This document shows, piece by piece, positions 10,247 through 20,381 of a stretch of 64,000 bases of DNA (position 1 is its first letter; every line of letters begins with the position of its first letter). The position numbers were made by a program, and so were the translations under genes. This DNA comes from an uncultured Clostridia bacterium (lineage in GTDB: Bacteria; Bacillota; Clostridia; Oscillospirales; Acutalibacteraceae). The stretch spans positions 186 to 64,185 of the forward strand of contig CANQEU010000004.1 in NCBI GenBank assembly GCA_947595635.1, given 5' to 3'. The notes beneath the pieces were generated by a model, which was not told where the DNA came from, made no database searches, and was given only the letters and a program-made list of their open reading frames with translations.

Positions 10247-11573
10247 ACCTTATGAACATACTGATAAAAAAGCCGTCCGTATTATGCACATTCGGAAAAA
10301 GAGTAAGGCAATGCTCGGGCTCGTCCGCCGCACGCTTTATATTATCCGGCAGCTCAAGCGGCAGAGGCTTAAAGCTTTTATTCTCCGAAAGAAATTTTTT
10401 GCATATGTCGTTATTTTCCGCTTTATTGAGAGTACAGGTTGAATATAATAATACTCCGCCTTTTTTAACAAGCTGTGAAGATTTGATAAGTATTTTATAT
10501 TGCAAATCGGGCAAAGCGGAAAATTCGTCTGTGTTTTTATATCTTATCTCCGGCTTTCGTCTTAACACCCCAAGCCCGGAGCACGGAACGTCGCATATTA
10601 CTTTGTCTGCCGAAGATATACCGCCGCCCTCGGCGGCGTTGCGAACAGCTGTCTTTATTATCGTTATTCCGAGCCTGTCCGCCGTTTGCGATATTAGCCT
10701 TGTCTTGTGCGGATAAAGGTCGAACGCTCTTATATCTCCCTCGTTTTTCATCATTATTGCGGATTTAAAGCTTTTGCCGCCGGGTGCTGAGCAAACGTCT
10801 ATTATGCTTTCACCCGGCTTTGGATTTAAAAGCTGCACCGCAAGCTGGGACGCCTCGTCCTGAATATACAGCTCGCCCGATTCAAAGGAGGGTAACTGCT
10901 CTATCGAGCCGGTATCCGCAAGGCTTAACGCATTATTCGCAAGCTTTGCGCAATCAACGCTTATATTTTCCTCCGAAAGTCTGTTTGCAAGCTTATGAGC
11001 ATCTGTTTTCAGCGTGTTTACCGCTGCCGTTACAGGCGGCCGCCCAAAAAGGGATTTTAGTATATCCTCGCTCATTTCCTCGCCGTATGACGAGTCGAAT
11101 ATTTCTATTATCCTGCTTGGGCAGGAATACATAACCGACAGGTATTCAAGCCTTTCGCTCTGCCTGTCGGGTATTGAATATTTTTTATCGTTTCGCAGAA
11201 AAGAGCGCAAAACGCCGTTTATAAAGCCCGACGACTTTGTAAGCCGCATAGCCTTTGCAATTTTAACAGCCTCGTTTACCGCGGCGCTGTCAGGTATTTT
11301 ATCAAGAAACAGCAGCTGATACAGCGCCTGTTCAAGAATTATCAAAACCCTCGGCTCTATTTTTTTTAGCGGCACAGATGAATATTCCCCTACTATTCTG
11401 TCAAGGGTCAGTCTGCGCTCCAAAACCCCATAAAATATCGCAGACGCAAGCGCAGCGTCACGGCGGTCGAGCTGTGACGCTTTTATTGCTCTGTTTATTT
11501 CTATATTGGAATAAGCGCCGTTTTGCAGGACGTTATAAAGCGCTTTAAATGAGGTTTTTCTGCTGTTGCCCAT
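10239..11573 (-). CDS. rsmB: 16S rRNA m5C967 methyltransferase
   Basis: NusB-like N-terminus; QDEAS, DVCSAPGGKS, DVPCSGLG, YSTCT. Confidence 0.95.
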   Translation of the reverse strand: MGNSRKTSFKALYNVLQNGAYSNIEINRAIKASQLDRRDAALASAIFYGVLERRLTLDRIVGEYSSVPLKKIEPRVLIILEQALYQLLFLDKIPDSAAVNEAVKIAKAMRLTKSSGFINGVLRSFLRNDKKYSIPDRQSERLEYLSVMYSCPSRIIEIFDSSYGEEMSEDILKSLFGRPPVTAAVNTLKTDAHKLANRLSEENISVDCAKLANNALSLADTGSIEQLPSFESGELYIQDEASQLAVQLLNPKPGESIIDVCSAPGGKSFKSAIMMKNEGDIRAFDLYPHKTRLISQTADRLGITIIKTAVRNAAEGGGISSADKVICDVPCSGLGVLRRKPEIRYKNTDEFSALPDLQYKILIKSSQLVKKGGVLLYSTCTLNKAENNDICKKFLSENKSFKPLPLELPDNIKRAADEPEHCLTLFPNVHNTDGFFISMFIRCE

Positions 11574-11575
11574 AA

Positions 11576-12280
11576 TTAATTCCTTCTTCTGCTTGAAACA
11601 AGCACTATCAATCTAAGGAGGTTCATTATTGATGAAAACGCCGCCGCGACATACGTCATAGCCGCTGCTGTAAGCACGCTGCGCGCGCCGGAATATTCGT
11701 CCTCGGCGCTCAGCATATTTGTTTCTTTTATCGTCTTAAGCGCACGCTTGCTCGCGTTAAATTCAACAGGCAGCGTAACTACAGAGAATAAAACGGTCAG
11801 CGAAAACAAAGCTATACCGATATACGCGACGTAAATATACTGCACCGGCAGCAGGAGACCGAGAATTATTACAATCCACGAAAGCCTTGAGCCGATATTT
11901 ACCATCGGCACTATCGCTCCTCTGATTTTATTCGGCACATATCCAACGGCGTGCTGCACAGCATGACCTGCCTCATGCGCCGCAACGCCCACGGCTGCTA
12001 TTGTCGCGCAGTTATAAACGGAATCGGAAAGCCTTATGGTGTTTGTTCGAGGGTCAAAATGATCGGTCAAATTGCCCTTAACGTGTTCTATTGTTACATT
12101 TGTTACGCCATGAGCCGCCAACACGTTATACGCGGCCTGCGCCCCGGTGATGCCCCGACGGTTCTGTATCCTTGAATATTTCCTGAATTTGCCGTTTACC
12201 ATAAACGAAGCAAACAGAGAAAGAAGAAGCGCGGGAACTATAAATATTAAATACGTTCTGTCAAAATAATAAAAGCCCAT
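11576..12280 (-). CDS. Neutral zinc metallopeptidase (YugP-like), membrane
   Basis: LTDHFDP, AAHEAGHAVQH (HExxH), TLPVEFNASKRA; start taken at MGFYY. Confidence 0.88.
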   Translation of the reverse strand: MGFYYFDRTYLIFIVPALLLSLFASFMVNGKFRKYSRIQNRRGITGAQAAYNVLAAHGVTNVTIEHVKGNLTDHFDPRTNTIRLSDSVYNCATIAAVGVAAHEAGHAVQHAVGYVPNKIRGAIVPMVNIGSRLSWIVIILGLLLPVQYIYVAYIGIALFSLTVLFSVVTLPVEFNASKRALKTIKETNMLSAEDEYSGARSVLTAAAMTYVAAAFSSIMNLLRLIVLVSSRRRN

Positions 12281-12296
12281 ATTAACAAACCCTTCA

Positions 12297-13214
12297 TTAT
12301 TCAAATCTATCTCCTAAGGTGAGCCTGTGACCGTTCAGGAAGGACGCGCTGTCCATCTTCCTTTTGCCTTCAAGCTGCAGCTCCTTTATTACAACGCTGC
12401 CGCTGCCGCAGGCGACCGTAAGAGGAGTAAGCGATATTACCTCTCCCGGACTACCCGAATCTGAACAAAGCTCGGTTTTGTGCAGCTTTACCTTTTTTCC
12501 GTCAAGCGTTGCCGTTGCAACAGGCCACGGGCTCAAGCCCCTGACCTTATTATGCACCTGATAAGACGAAAGAGTCCAGTCAACAGTGCAAATTGTTTTA
12601 TCGAGCATACCGGCGTAGCTTGACTCGGAATCATTTTGTGCGGCGCGGCGGACAGTGCCGTTCTCTATTGCCGACAGCACTTCAACTATAAGCCCCGCTC
12701 CGAGCGACGACAGCTTGTCGTGAAGCTCTCCGGCTGTTTCATTTTCATCTATTTCGCAGGCTTTTTTCATAATTATATCCCCGGTGTCAAGGCCCTCATC
12801 CATATACATTGCCGTGACTCCGGTTTCGGTCTCGCCGTTTATAACGCTCCACTGTATAGGCGCTGCTCCCCTGTACTTAGGCAGAAGTGAAGCGTGTATA
12901 TTAACACAGCCGTATCTCGGAAGCTCAAGTATGCTCTTTGGCAGTATTTTGCCGTATGCAACAACTACAATGCAGTCGGGGGCAAGCTCTTTAAGAATTT
13001 CAACCGCCTTGCCGTCCCTAAGCGTCGCCGGCTGATAAACGGGAACGCCGATTTTCTGCGCCGCAAGCTTAACCGGCGGCGCCGCAAGAGCATAGCCTCT
13101 GCCCTTTGGTTTGTCCGGCTGCGTAAACACCCCGACTATTTCATGCCCTGCATTCTTAATGCTGTCAACGCACGGCGCGGCAAAATCGGGAGTACCCATA
13201 AACACGATCTTCAT
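12297..13214 (-). CDS. fmt: Methionyl-tRNA formyltransferase
   Basis: FMGTPDFA, NIHASLLPKYRGAAP, GLDTGD. Confidence 0.96.
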   Translation of the reverse strand: MKIVFMGTPDFAAPCVDSIKNAGHEIVGVFTQPDKPKGRGYALAAPPVKLAAQKIGVPVYQPATLRDGKAVEILKELAPDCIVVVAYGKILPKSILELPRYGCVNIHASLLPKYRGAAPIQWSVINGETETGVTAMYMDEGLDTGDIIMKKACEIDENETAGELHDKLSSLGAGLIVEVLSAIENGTVRRAAQNDSESSYAGMLDKTICTVDWTLSSYQVHNKVRGLSPWPVATATLDGKKVKLHKTELCSDSGSPGEVISLTPLTVACGSGSVVIKELQLEGKRKMDSASFLNGHRLTLGDRFE

Positions 13215-13215
13215 A

Positions 13216-13689
13216 TTATCGCCTTTCCTTCATATCGGCAGGATTTACATATTTTATTATATATTTTGTAAACAAAATTCCGTCAAGATGGTCGCACTCA
13301 TGGCAGAATGCCTTTGCAAGCAGACCCTCGCCGTCCATAGTAAAGGTATTGCCGTTTCTGTCAAGCGCCTCTATTGTGGCGTTCATGGGACGGTTGGTTA
13401 TTCCCCATATATTCGGGCAGGAAAGACAGCCCTCAACCGACTGCTGATGGCCGCTTGTCTTTATTATCTTAGGGTTTATAAATTCTACCGGCTTATCTCC
13501 CACAAGTATTACGACAGCCCTTTTTAAAACTCCGACCTGCGGCGCGGCAAGCCCGACTCCGCCCGACTGGATCAGAGTTTCCTTCATATCGTCAAGAAGC
13601 TCAAAGAGCCTGTCGTCAAATTTTTCAACAGCTCTGCATTTTTTTGTAAGAACGAGGTCGCCCTCCTGTATTATATTTCTTATCGCCAT
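13216..13689 (-). CDS. def: Peptide deformylase
   Basis: GVGLAAPQ, EGCLS, HECDHL motifs; start taken at MAIRN. Confidence 0.96.
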   Translation of the reverse strand: MAIRNIIQEGDLVLTKKCRAVEKFDDRLFELLDDMKETLIQSGGVGLAAPQVGVLKRAVVILVGDKPVEFINPKIIKTSGHQQSVEGCLSCPNIWGITNRPMNATIEALDRNGNTFTMDGEGLLAKAFCHECDHLDGILFTKYIIKYVNPADMKERR

Positions 13690-13702
13690 TTTTATCACAT
13701 CC

Positions 13703-16156
13703 TTAAATTATTGAATCGGGATTAACGTCAACATATACAGTAACGGATGAATATTTGCTTATTTTTCCGAAGTCTGTAAGAAGCTGTGAAAGCATAAAAC
13801 GAAATTCCGAATTATTTTTATATTTTAAAACTATTTTATACCTGAACCTGTTGCTTACCTTTTTAACGGCAGCAGCCGTCGGGCCGAGAATACGCAGCGG
13901 CAGCGACGAATGCTTTTCCTTTGCGAGAGCGCAAAGCATTTTTGTGCATTCTCTTGCGGCGTTTGCCGTCTTTAGCTCATCAGCTCCGACAAAGCCAAGC
14001 ATACATATATCCGAAAAGGGCGGATATATCATACTGCGCCTTACGGCTATTTCCGAATTATAAAACGCCTCATAGTCCTGCATTGCCGACAGACCGATAA
14101 CATAATTTTCAGGCGTAAAGGTTTGTATTACCGCTCGTCCGGGGCAATCTCCCCTGCCGGCTCTGCCCACGACCTGAGTAAGCAGAGAAAAGCTGCGCTC
14201 GTAGCTTCGGTAATCATCGTTATATAAAATCTGATCCGCCGAAAGAACGCCGACAAGCGTAACATTTGGAAAATCAAGCCCCTTTGCCACCATCTGCGTT
14301 CCCACAAGAATATCATACTCACCGTTTTTAAAAGCATTCAGCAGCGTTCTGTGCGAATCCTTTTTCATTGTTGAATCAGCGTCAAGTCTTAATATTGAAG
14401 CCTCAGGCAGAAGCTGCGCAAGCGTTTCCTCCGCCCTTTGAGTTCCGGAGCCGGAAAACCTTAGCGAATGCTCATGGCAGTGCGGACATTCGTCTGTAAG
14501 CCTTATCGAATAGCCGCAGTAGTGACACATAAGCCGGTTGTTCGCCGAATGGTATGTAAGAGAAATAGAACAGTTGGGGCAAGTAACGACCTCCTTGCAT
14601 TTTCGGCAGGCGACAAACGTGTTGTATCCCCTGCGGTTTAAAAGAAGTATGGACTGTTTCCCCTCCGCAAGATTATCCTGAAGGCTTTTAAGCAGAGCCG
14701 ATGATATTACCGTTTTATTGCCCTGCTCCTGCTCAATATTCATATCGGCTATAAGAACATACGGAAGCTGTGCGGCTCCGTATCTGTTTTTTAAGGTAAA
14801 CAGCGAATATATACCGCTTTGAGCCTTATAGTAGCTTTCAATGCTCGGCGTTGCTGACGACAGCAAAAGCATACACGAATTTTCATTGCATCTGAATTTT
14901 GCAATTTCTCTCGCGTGGTATCTCGGCGCGCTTTCCGATTTATATGTGTATTCCTGCTCCTCGTCCATTATAATCAGTCCGAGATTACTTATCGGGGCAA
15001 AAACCGCGCTTCGTGTGCCTATTACTATTTGGGCGTCGCCTGCTTTGACTCGCTTCCATTCGTTCAGCCTTTCCCCAAGGGACAGAGCACTGTGGAAAAC
15101 AGCTACACAGCCGCCGAACCTCGCCCTGAAAAGGGAAATTATCTGCGGCGTCAGCGAAATTTCCGGCACCATAACTATTATGCCCTTGCCGTCTTTATAA
15201 GCCTTTTCTATCAGCTTCATAAACACCGAGGTCTTGCCGGAGCCAGTTATGCCGTAAAGAAGTGAAACGCAGGGCTTTCCGCTTTTATATTTTTCACAAA
15301 GCCCCAAATACGCTTGATTTTGCTCCTCGGTTAATACTATCTCTTCCGTATCACGGCTGATTTCATCCTCGGAACGCCTTATCACCTCACGGTCATAATA
15401 ATGCGCCGCGCCCTTTTTAACAAGCGCGTCTGTAACAGCCTTTGTGTAGCCCGTGAAATATATTAATTCTTTAAGCGAAATTTCCCCGGCCATTTTTAGA
15501 AGCTCGACAATCTCTTTTTGCTTTGGAGTATATTCATATTCCTCAAAGCCGTCGCTTAAAACGACCATTTTTTCGCTTAAATCTCCAACTCGCCTTACGG
15601 CGTTCTCATTTAAAGCTATTGCGCCGCATTCGACAAGCCGCTTTATTACGTCGGTGTTTTCCGGAAGCCCGAACACCGATTTTATCTCGGATTCCTCCAC
15701 AGGCTTTTTATTCCTTTTTACAAACGAAAAAACCGCTTTTTGCGTTTCATCGGCAAGCATATCCTCAGAAAAGCCATCAGCCGCTTTGTAAACCTCGCTG
15801 ATTCGGTAATTAAAGCCTGCCGGAAGCATACAACGCGCGGCCTCATAATAAGTACAAAAAAGCTGCGACTTCATAAATGACGCAAGGCGTAGCATTTCTT
15901 CTGAAAACAGCGGCGCGCTGTCAAGCACGGACGAAATACTTTTCAGTCTTTTTCCCTGTGCCGAATCGGCGCTTTCAACGCCGAAAACTATCGCCTGCCT
16001 CTGCCTTTTGGAATTGCCGAAGGGAACGAGAACACGGCAGCCTGTAAGCCTGCGGTCTTGAAATTCGTTAGGTATTTCATAATCAAACAGCCTGTCAAAG
16101 CCAAAGGCGGCGTTTTCAACCGCCACCTTGCAAATCTTTTTATTCAACTCATTCAT
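13703..16156 (-). CDS. priA: Primosomal protein N' helicase
   Basis: GITGSGKT, DEEQE, Cys-rich CRKC..CPNC..CHYC..CPHC, KGLDFP, QVVGRAGR; start overlaps the rpoZ stop. Confidence 0.95.
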   Translation of the reverse strand: MNELNKKICKVAVENAAFGFDRLFDYEIPNEFQDRRLTGCRVLVPFGNSKRQRQAIVFGVESADSAQGKRLKSISSVLDSAPLFSEEMLRLASFMKSQLFCTYYEAARCMLPAGFNYRISEVYKAADGFSEDMLADETQKAVFSFVKRNKKPVEESEIKSVFGLPENTDVIKRLVECGAIALNENAVRRVGDLSEKMVVLSDGFEEYEYTPKQKEIVELLKMAGEISLKELIYFTGYTKAVTDALVKKGAAHYYDREVIRRSEDEISRDTEEIVLTEEQNQAYLGLCEKYKSGKPCVSLLYGITGSGKTSVFMKLIEKAYKDGKGIIVMVPEISLTPQIISLFRARFGGCVAVFHSALSLGERLNEWKRVKAGDAQIVIGTRSAVFAPISNLGLIIMDEEQEYTYKSESAPRYHAREIAKFRCNENSCMLLLSSATPSIESYYKAQSGIYSLFTLKNRYGAAQLPYVLIADMNIEQEQGNKTVISSALLKSLQDNLAEGKQSILLLNRRGYNTFVACRKCKEVVTCPNCSISLTYHSANNRLMCHYCGYSIRLTDECPHCHEHSLRFSGSGTQRAEETLAQLLPEASILRLDADSTMKKDSHRTLLNAFKNGEYDILVGTQMVAKGLDFPNVTLVGVLSADQILYNDDYRSYERSFSLLTQVVGRAGRGDCPGRAVIQTFTPENYVIGLSAMQDYEAFYNSEIAVRRSMIYPPFSDICMLGFVGADELKTANAARECTKMLCALAKEKHSSLPLRILGPTAAAVKKVSNRFRYKIVLKYKNNSEFRFMLSQLLTDFGKISKYSSVTVYVDVNPDSII

Positions 16157-16367
16157 TAATGTCCTGCTCAATTATGCTGTAGCGATGCTGCTTAAAATCC
16201 TCAATAGCCATCAAAACAGGCTTTTCATCGGTTATTATTCCTTGGCTTTGTATCTGACCGGAAATTTCTCTTGCCCTTTTCGCAACTCCTACAACAAGAG
16301 CGTATCTTGTTGTTTTGTTTGCAAGCATATCGTCGATTGAAGGTCTTATAATGTTACTCATAATCAA
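16149..16367 (-). CDS. rpoZ: RNA polymerase omega subunit
   Basis: PSIDDML..TRYALVVGVAKRAREI..KPVLMAIED; between gmk and priA. Confidence 0.9.
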   Translation of the reverse strand: MIMSNIIRPSIDDMLANKTTRYALVVGVAKRAREISGQIQSQGIITDEKPVLMAIEDFKQHRYSIIEQDINE

Positions 16368-16966
16368 AAATTCTCCTTTATATAATCAATCATATTTTCA
16401 CTTTCAAGCTTTTTGCTGTCAATTATCGCAAAAATATCGTCAACACATTTCTGCATTTCGCCGCATACTACGACATAATCGTATTTATCGGCATATTGAA
16501 GCTCCTCGTCGGCTCTTTTAAGCCGCTGCAAAATGACGTCCTCGCTTTCCGTGCCTCTGCCTCTCAGGCGCTTTTCAAGCGACTTTCTGTCCGGCGGAAT
16601 AAGGAAAATCGAAATTGCCTGCGGCAGCTTGCTCTTGACCTGCATACCGCCCTGAACCTCAATTTCAAGTATAACATCCTCTCCCTTTTCGGTGCATAAC
16701 GTTATATATTCCTTCGGCGTCCCGTAAAGGTTGTCGCAGTATTGTGCATGTTCGAGCATATCGCCGTTTTGTATTCTTTTTTCAAATTCATCTTTTGTCA
16801 AAAAGAAATATTCCCTGCCGTTCTCCTCGCCCGGTCTCGGCGGCCTTGTTGTTGCGGAAACCGACAGCCTAACCTGTTTTCTTTGCGAAAGCATCGCCTT
16901 TACCGTAGTGCCCTTACCTGAGCCGGAAGGGCCCGATATTATGACTACACTGCCCTTATTATTCAA
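16364..16966 (-). CDS. gmk: Guanylate kinase
   Basis: [25 protein letters not shown]; TTG start with GAAAGGA RBS. Confidence 0.95.
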   Translation of the reverse strand: MNNKGSVVIISGPSGSGKGTTVKAMLSQRKQVRLSVSATTRPPRPGEENGREYFFLTKDEFEKRIQNGDMLEHAQYCDNLYGTPKEYITLCTEKGEDVILEIEVQGGMQVKSKLPQAISIFLIPPDRKSLEKRLRGRGTESEDVILQRLKRADEELQYADKYDYVVVCGEMQKCVDDIFAIIDSKKLESENMIDYIKENF

Positions 16967-17210
16967 CTGTCCTTTCCCCCTTTGAGCCTTTGTTTTCAAA
17001 GCTCTCGGCTGTTTTTGCCGAAAGCACTATCAAATCGCAGTCTGTTATAATAACAGCCTTTGTTTTCCTGCCATAGGTTGCGTCAACGCACGTTCCCTGC
17101 TCCTTTGCATCCTGAACCATTCGCTTTATGGGCGCAGATTCAGGCGAAACAATGGCGACTATCTTATCAGCCGAAACGAGATTGCCAAACCCAATGTTTA
17201 TAAGCTTCAT
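16959..17210 (-). CDS. remA: RemA/DUF370 family protein
   Basis: [25 protein letters not shown]; canonical position before gmk. Confidence 0.92.
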   Translation of the reverse strand: MKLINIGFGNLVSADKIVAIVSPESAPIKRMVQDAKEQGTCVDATYGRKTKAVIITDCDLIVLSAKTAESFENKGSKGERTVE

Positions 17211-17224
17211 AACGCCACCTCAAG

Positions 17225-18103
17225 CTATTCGATATTCTGTATTTGCTCTCTTATTTTTTCAAGCTCGCCCTTTATTTCCACAACGGTATGCGCAAGATCC
17301 GCGTCCTGAACCTTAGAGCCTATAGTATTTGCCTCTCTGTTCATCTCCTGTAGTATAAAGTCAAGCTTTCTGCCTATTGCGCTGTCTGAATCAAGCATTG
17401 AAAACATCTGGTCAAAGTGGCTGCGAAGTCTTACCGTCTCCTCCGAAACAGCGACCCTGTCGGCAAAAATCGCCGCCTCTGTAAGCATTCTTTGCTCGTC
17501 AATATCAACGCTCTGAAGCACATCTTTTATTCTTTCCTCAAGTCTTTGACGGTATTTTTTGACCGTTTCCGGCGAATGCTTGTCAACGTAATCAACAAGC
17601 TTTAATATCGAGTTGCTCCTGCTTACAACATCGTCCCTCAGCTTTTCGCCCTCACGCTCACGCATAGCAATAAATTTATCCAACGCGTCGTCAAGCACAG
17701 GCATTACGCTGCCCCAGATTTCATCCTCGTCCTCAGGGGCCATATGAACTGTGAAAATATCGCCGAACCGCGTTATGTCGCTTATGGCTGCCTCCCCGGA
17801 CAGAGAATATGTCTGTTTCAGCTCTCTCAGCGCGGCAACATAGCCGGACGCAAGAGAGTGATTAACAATTACATTCGCCTGCTTTTCGCCTGTATTGACA
17901 ACAGACACAAAGACGTCAAGCTTTCCCCTTGAGACGCACTGCTGTATGCGGCTTTTTATTTTTTCCTCAAGAAACGCATAGGCTCTTGTAATGCGACTGC
18001 TCATTTCAAAATAGCGGTGATTTACAGATTTCAGCTCTACCGTTATTTCCCTGCCGTCAAGCGTCTGCTCGCTTCTGCCGAAGCCCGTCATACTTCTTAT
18101 CAT
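17225..18103 (-). CDS. yicC: YicC/YloC family endoribonuclease
   Basis: MIRSMTGFG, KSVNHRY, GRKLDFILQEMNREANTIGSK, EQIQNIE. Confidence 0.93.
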   Translation of the reverse strand: MIRSMTGFGRSEQTLDGREITVELKSVNHRYFEMSSRITRAYAFLEEKIKSRIQQCVSRGKLDVFVSVVNTGEKQANVIVNHSLASGYVAALRELKQTYSLSGEAAISDITRFGDIFTVHMAPEDEDEIWGSVMPVLDDALDKFIAMREREGEKLRDDVVSRSNSILKLVDYVDKHSPETVKKYRQRLEERIKDVLQSVDIDEQRMLTEAAIFADRVAVSEETVRLRSHFDQMFSMLDSDSAIGRKLDFILQEMNREANTIGSKVQDADLAHTVVEIKGELEKIREQIQNIE

Positions 18104-18151
18104 TATATCATTCCTATCGGATTGGCACACTACGCCAATTTATACAATGAT

Positions 18152-18180
18152 ATTTTACCATTTTTTTTAATCAATTGCAA
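18152..18180 (-). promoter_or_regulatory. SigA-type promoter of the yicC-thiN superoperon
   Basis: Minus strand TTGCAA-17-TAAAAT with TG extension. Confidence 0.6.
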
Positions 18181-18277
18181 GTGCGCATTGCGTTAAATAA
18201 GGGCTTTATCGCAAAAAGCTTGATTTAAAACGCCGACGCGGATTATAATAAAAACAAAGGAATGATTGGAGTTAGCT

Positions 18278-19276
18278 ATGAAAAAAATTTTGCTTATAAC
18301 GACCGGTGGCACCGTATCATGCGGCGATGGAGAAAACTCGCTGTCGCCGTCGCTTACAGGAGCACAGCTTATCGGTTTTATCTCCGGTGCTAAAGATATT
18401 GAAATAGAATACAGGGATCTCCTGTTTATAGACAGCACCTGCATAAAGCCGGAGCATTGGGTAAATATGGCGAAGGCTGTAATCGACGGGCAAAACAATT
18501 ACGACGGCTTTGTGATTACTCACGGCACAGACACTCTTGCTTACACAGCGTCTATGCTGTCATTTATGCTTTGCTCTATAAATAAGCCTGTCATGATAAC
18601 AGGCTCGATGAAAACGGTTTTTGAAAAAGACAGCGACGCGTTCAAGAACCTAACCGACGCGGTAAACGCCGCGGTTTGCGGACAAAACGGGGTATATATT
18701 GTTTTCGGCGGCAGGATAATTTACGGCACAAGAGGCTATAAGGCTTCAAACACGGCAAACAATTCGTTTGTTTCGCTAAACTGCCCCTATGCCGGAGAAA
18801 TAAAAAACGGAAAGCCCGTATTTTACGGCTGTCAGATTTTGAAAAGCGCAAGAATAAGCGAATTAAAATACAGCGGTCAGGATATTTCCGCCAAGGTCGC
18901 AGTCATCACTGTTGTGCCGTCCGAAAACGGAGATATTATAAGACAATGCGCCAATAACGGATACAAGGGAATAGTCCTGTGCGGATACGGCACAGGCGGC
19001 ATACCGGGCAAGGGCTGGTCAGAGGCAATAGAGTATGCGTCGTCGCATGGGGTGATAACCGTTATGGTATCACAATGCAGGCACGGCGCAATAATACCGT
19101 CAAGGTATTCCGTCGGCAGCGACATAGAGCGCCTCGGCATAATATCAGCCGCAGACTCAACCTTAGAAAGCACTTACTGCAAGCTGCTTTTTCTGTTGAG
19201 TATTTATGACGACAGCGATTTAATACGGAGGATATTTAAAGAAAACGTCTGCGGTGAAATAAACATATTCCCCTGA
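18278..19276 (+). CDS. ansA: Type I L-asparaginase
   Basis: TTGGTV, THGTDT, TGSM; ATG 18278 with GGAG RBS. Confidence 0.85.
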   Translation: MKKILLITTGGTVSCGDGENSLSPSLTGAQLIGFISGAKDIEIEYRDLLFIDSTCIKPEHWVNMAKAVIDGQNNYDGFVITHGTDTLAYTASMLSFMLCSINKPVMITGSMKTVFEKDSDAFKNLTDAVNAAVCGQNGVYIVFGGRIIYGTRGYKASNTANNSFVSLNCPYAGEIKNGKPVFYGCQILKSARISELKYSGQDISAKVAVITVVPSENGDIIRQCANNGYKGIVLCGYGTGGIPGKGWSEAIEYASSHGVITVMVSQCRHGAIIPSRYSVGSDIERLGIISAADSTLESTYCKLLFLLSIYDDSDLIRRIFKENVCGEINIFP

Positions 19277-19379
19277 TGTATCATTAATCGGGCAAGAGCG
19301 GCGGCAGGACGAACAGTTGCAAATATAAACTTTTTGTGATAGAATTAAGCAGAATAATTTTTCAGGAGGAATTACATTT

Positions 19380-20114
19380 ATGTCCGGACATAATAAATGG
19401 AGCACAATAAAACAGAAAAAGGGCAAGAACGACGCGGCCAGAGCCAAGATATTCACAAAAATCGGCAGAGAGCTCGCCGTTGCCGTTCGTGACGGAGGCA
19501 GCGCCGACCCCGCGTCAAACTCTAAGCTTCGCGACTGCATAGCAAAAGCAAAGGCTAACAATGTGCCCAACGACAATATTGAGAGAATAATCAAAAAGGC
19601 ATCCGGCGAGGGCGGAGCAAACAATTATGAAGCTATTACATACGAAGGCTACGGCCCCGGCGGAATTGCCGTTATAGTTGAAACGCTTACCGACAATAAA
19701 AACAGAACGGCTGCCGACGTGCGCCACGCATTTGACAAGAACGGCGGTAATATGGGAACACCGGGCTGCGTTACGTTTATGTTTGAGCAAAAGGGCGTTT
19801 TAGTTGTCGACCGTGAAGAATGCGGTCTTGACGAGGACAAGGTTATGGAGGATTCGCTTGAAGCAGGCGCGTCCGATTTTCAGGCCGACGACGATGTTTT
19901 TGAGATTTTCACAGAGCCGGACGATTTTTCAGGCGTAAACGAGGATCTCTCCTCAAAGGGCTACACCTTCGCGTCTGCCGAGGTTGAAATGGTTCCCGGC
20001 ACATACACTAAGCTTTCCGACGAGGAACAGCTTGCCAAAATGCAGAAGCTGCTCGATATGCTTGAGGACAACGACGACGTTCAAAACGTATGGCACAACT
20101 GGGAAATGGAATAA
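19380..20114 (+). CDS. yebC: YebC/PmpR family protein
   Basis: [34 protein letters not shown]. Confidence 0.95.
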   Translation: MSGHNKWSTIKQKKGKNDAARAKIFTKIGRELAVAVRDGGSADPASNSKLRDCIAKAKANNVPNDNIERIIKKASGEGGANNYEAITYEGYGPGGIAVIVETLTDNKNRTAADVRHAFDKNGGNMGTPGCVTFMFEQKGVLVVDREECGLDEDKVMEDSLEAGASDFQADDDVFEIFTEPDDFSGVNEDLSSKGYTFASAEVEMVPGTYTKLSDEEQLAKMQKLLDMLEDNDDVQNVWHNWEME

Positions 20115-20123
20115 ACTATCAAA

Positions 20124-20150
20124 CGGCGGCTTTGCGTTGCAGAGCCGCCG
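20124..20150 (+). terminator. Hairpin after yebC
   Basis: cggcggctttgc-gtt-gcagagccgccg; U-tract is displaced downstream. Confidence 0.5.
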
Positions 20151-20181
20151 GAGCTTGTAAATAAGCCTGTTTTTTATATCG

Positions 20182-20290
20182 TTGACCGCAGGCGGACTGT
20201 GACCGCAGCATTGCCGCCTTGCGTCGGCAATGCTGCTGCTTTAAAATTGGATTTTAAACGGGGGGAGCTGACGCTCCCCCGTAAACCCCC
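20182..20290 (+). repeat. Mosaic palindromic repeat locus R1 (modules B+D)
   Basis: 12-bp hairpin gcagcattgccg/cggcaatgctgc, then ggggggagc-tgac-gctccccc; homologous to the loci at 28.8, 57.2 and 63.7 kb. Confidence 0.9.
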
Positions 20291-20381
20291 ACCTGCTTGC
20301 TCAAGGATTTATTTTATAATCCCCTTTACGGGCGTATAAGCTAAATCAGGCAAAATTTCTTGTGACGGAATTTGGTGTATT

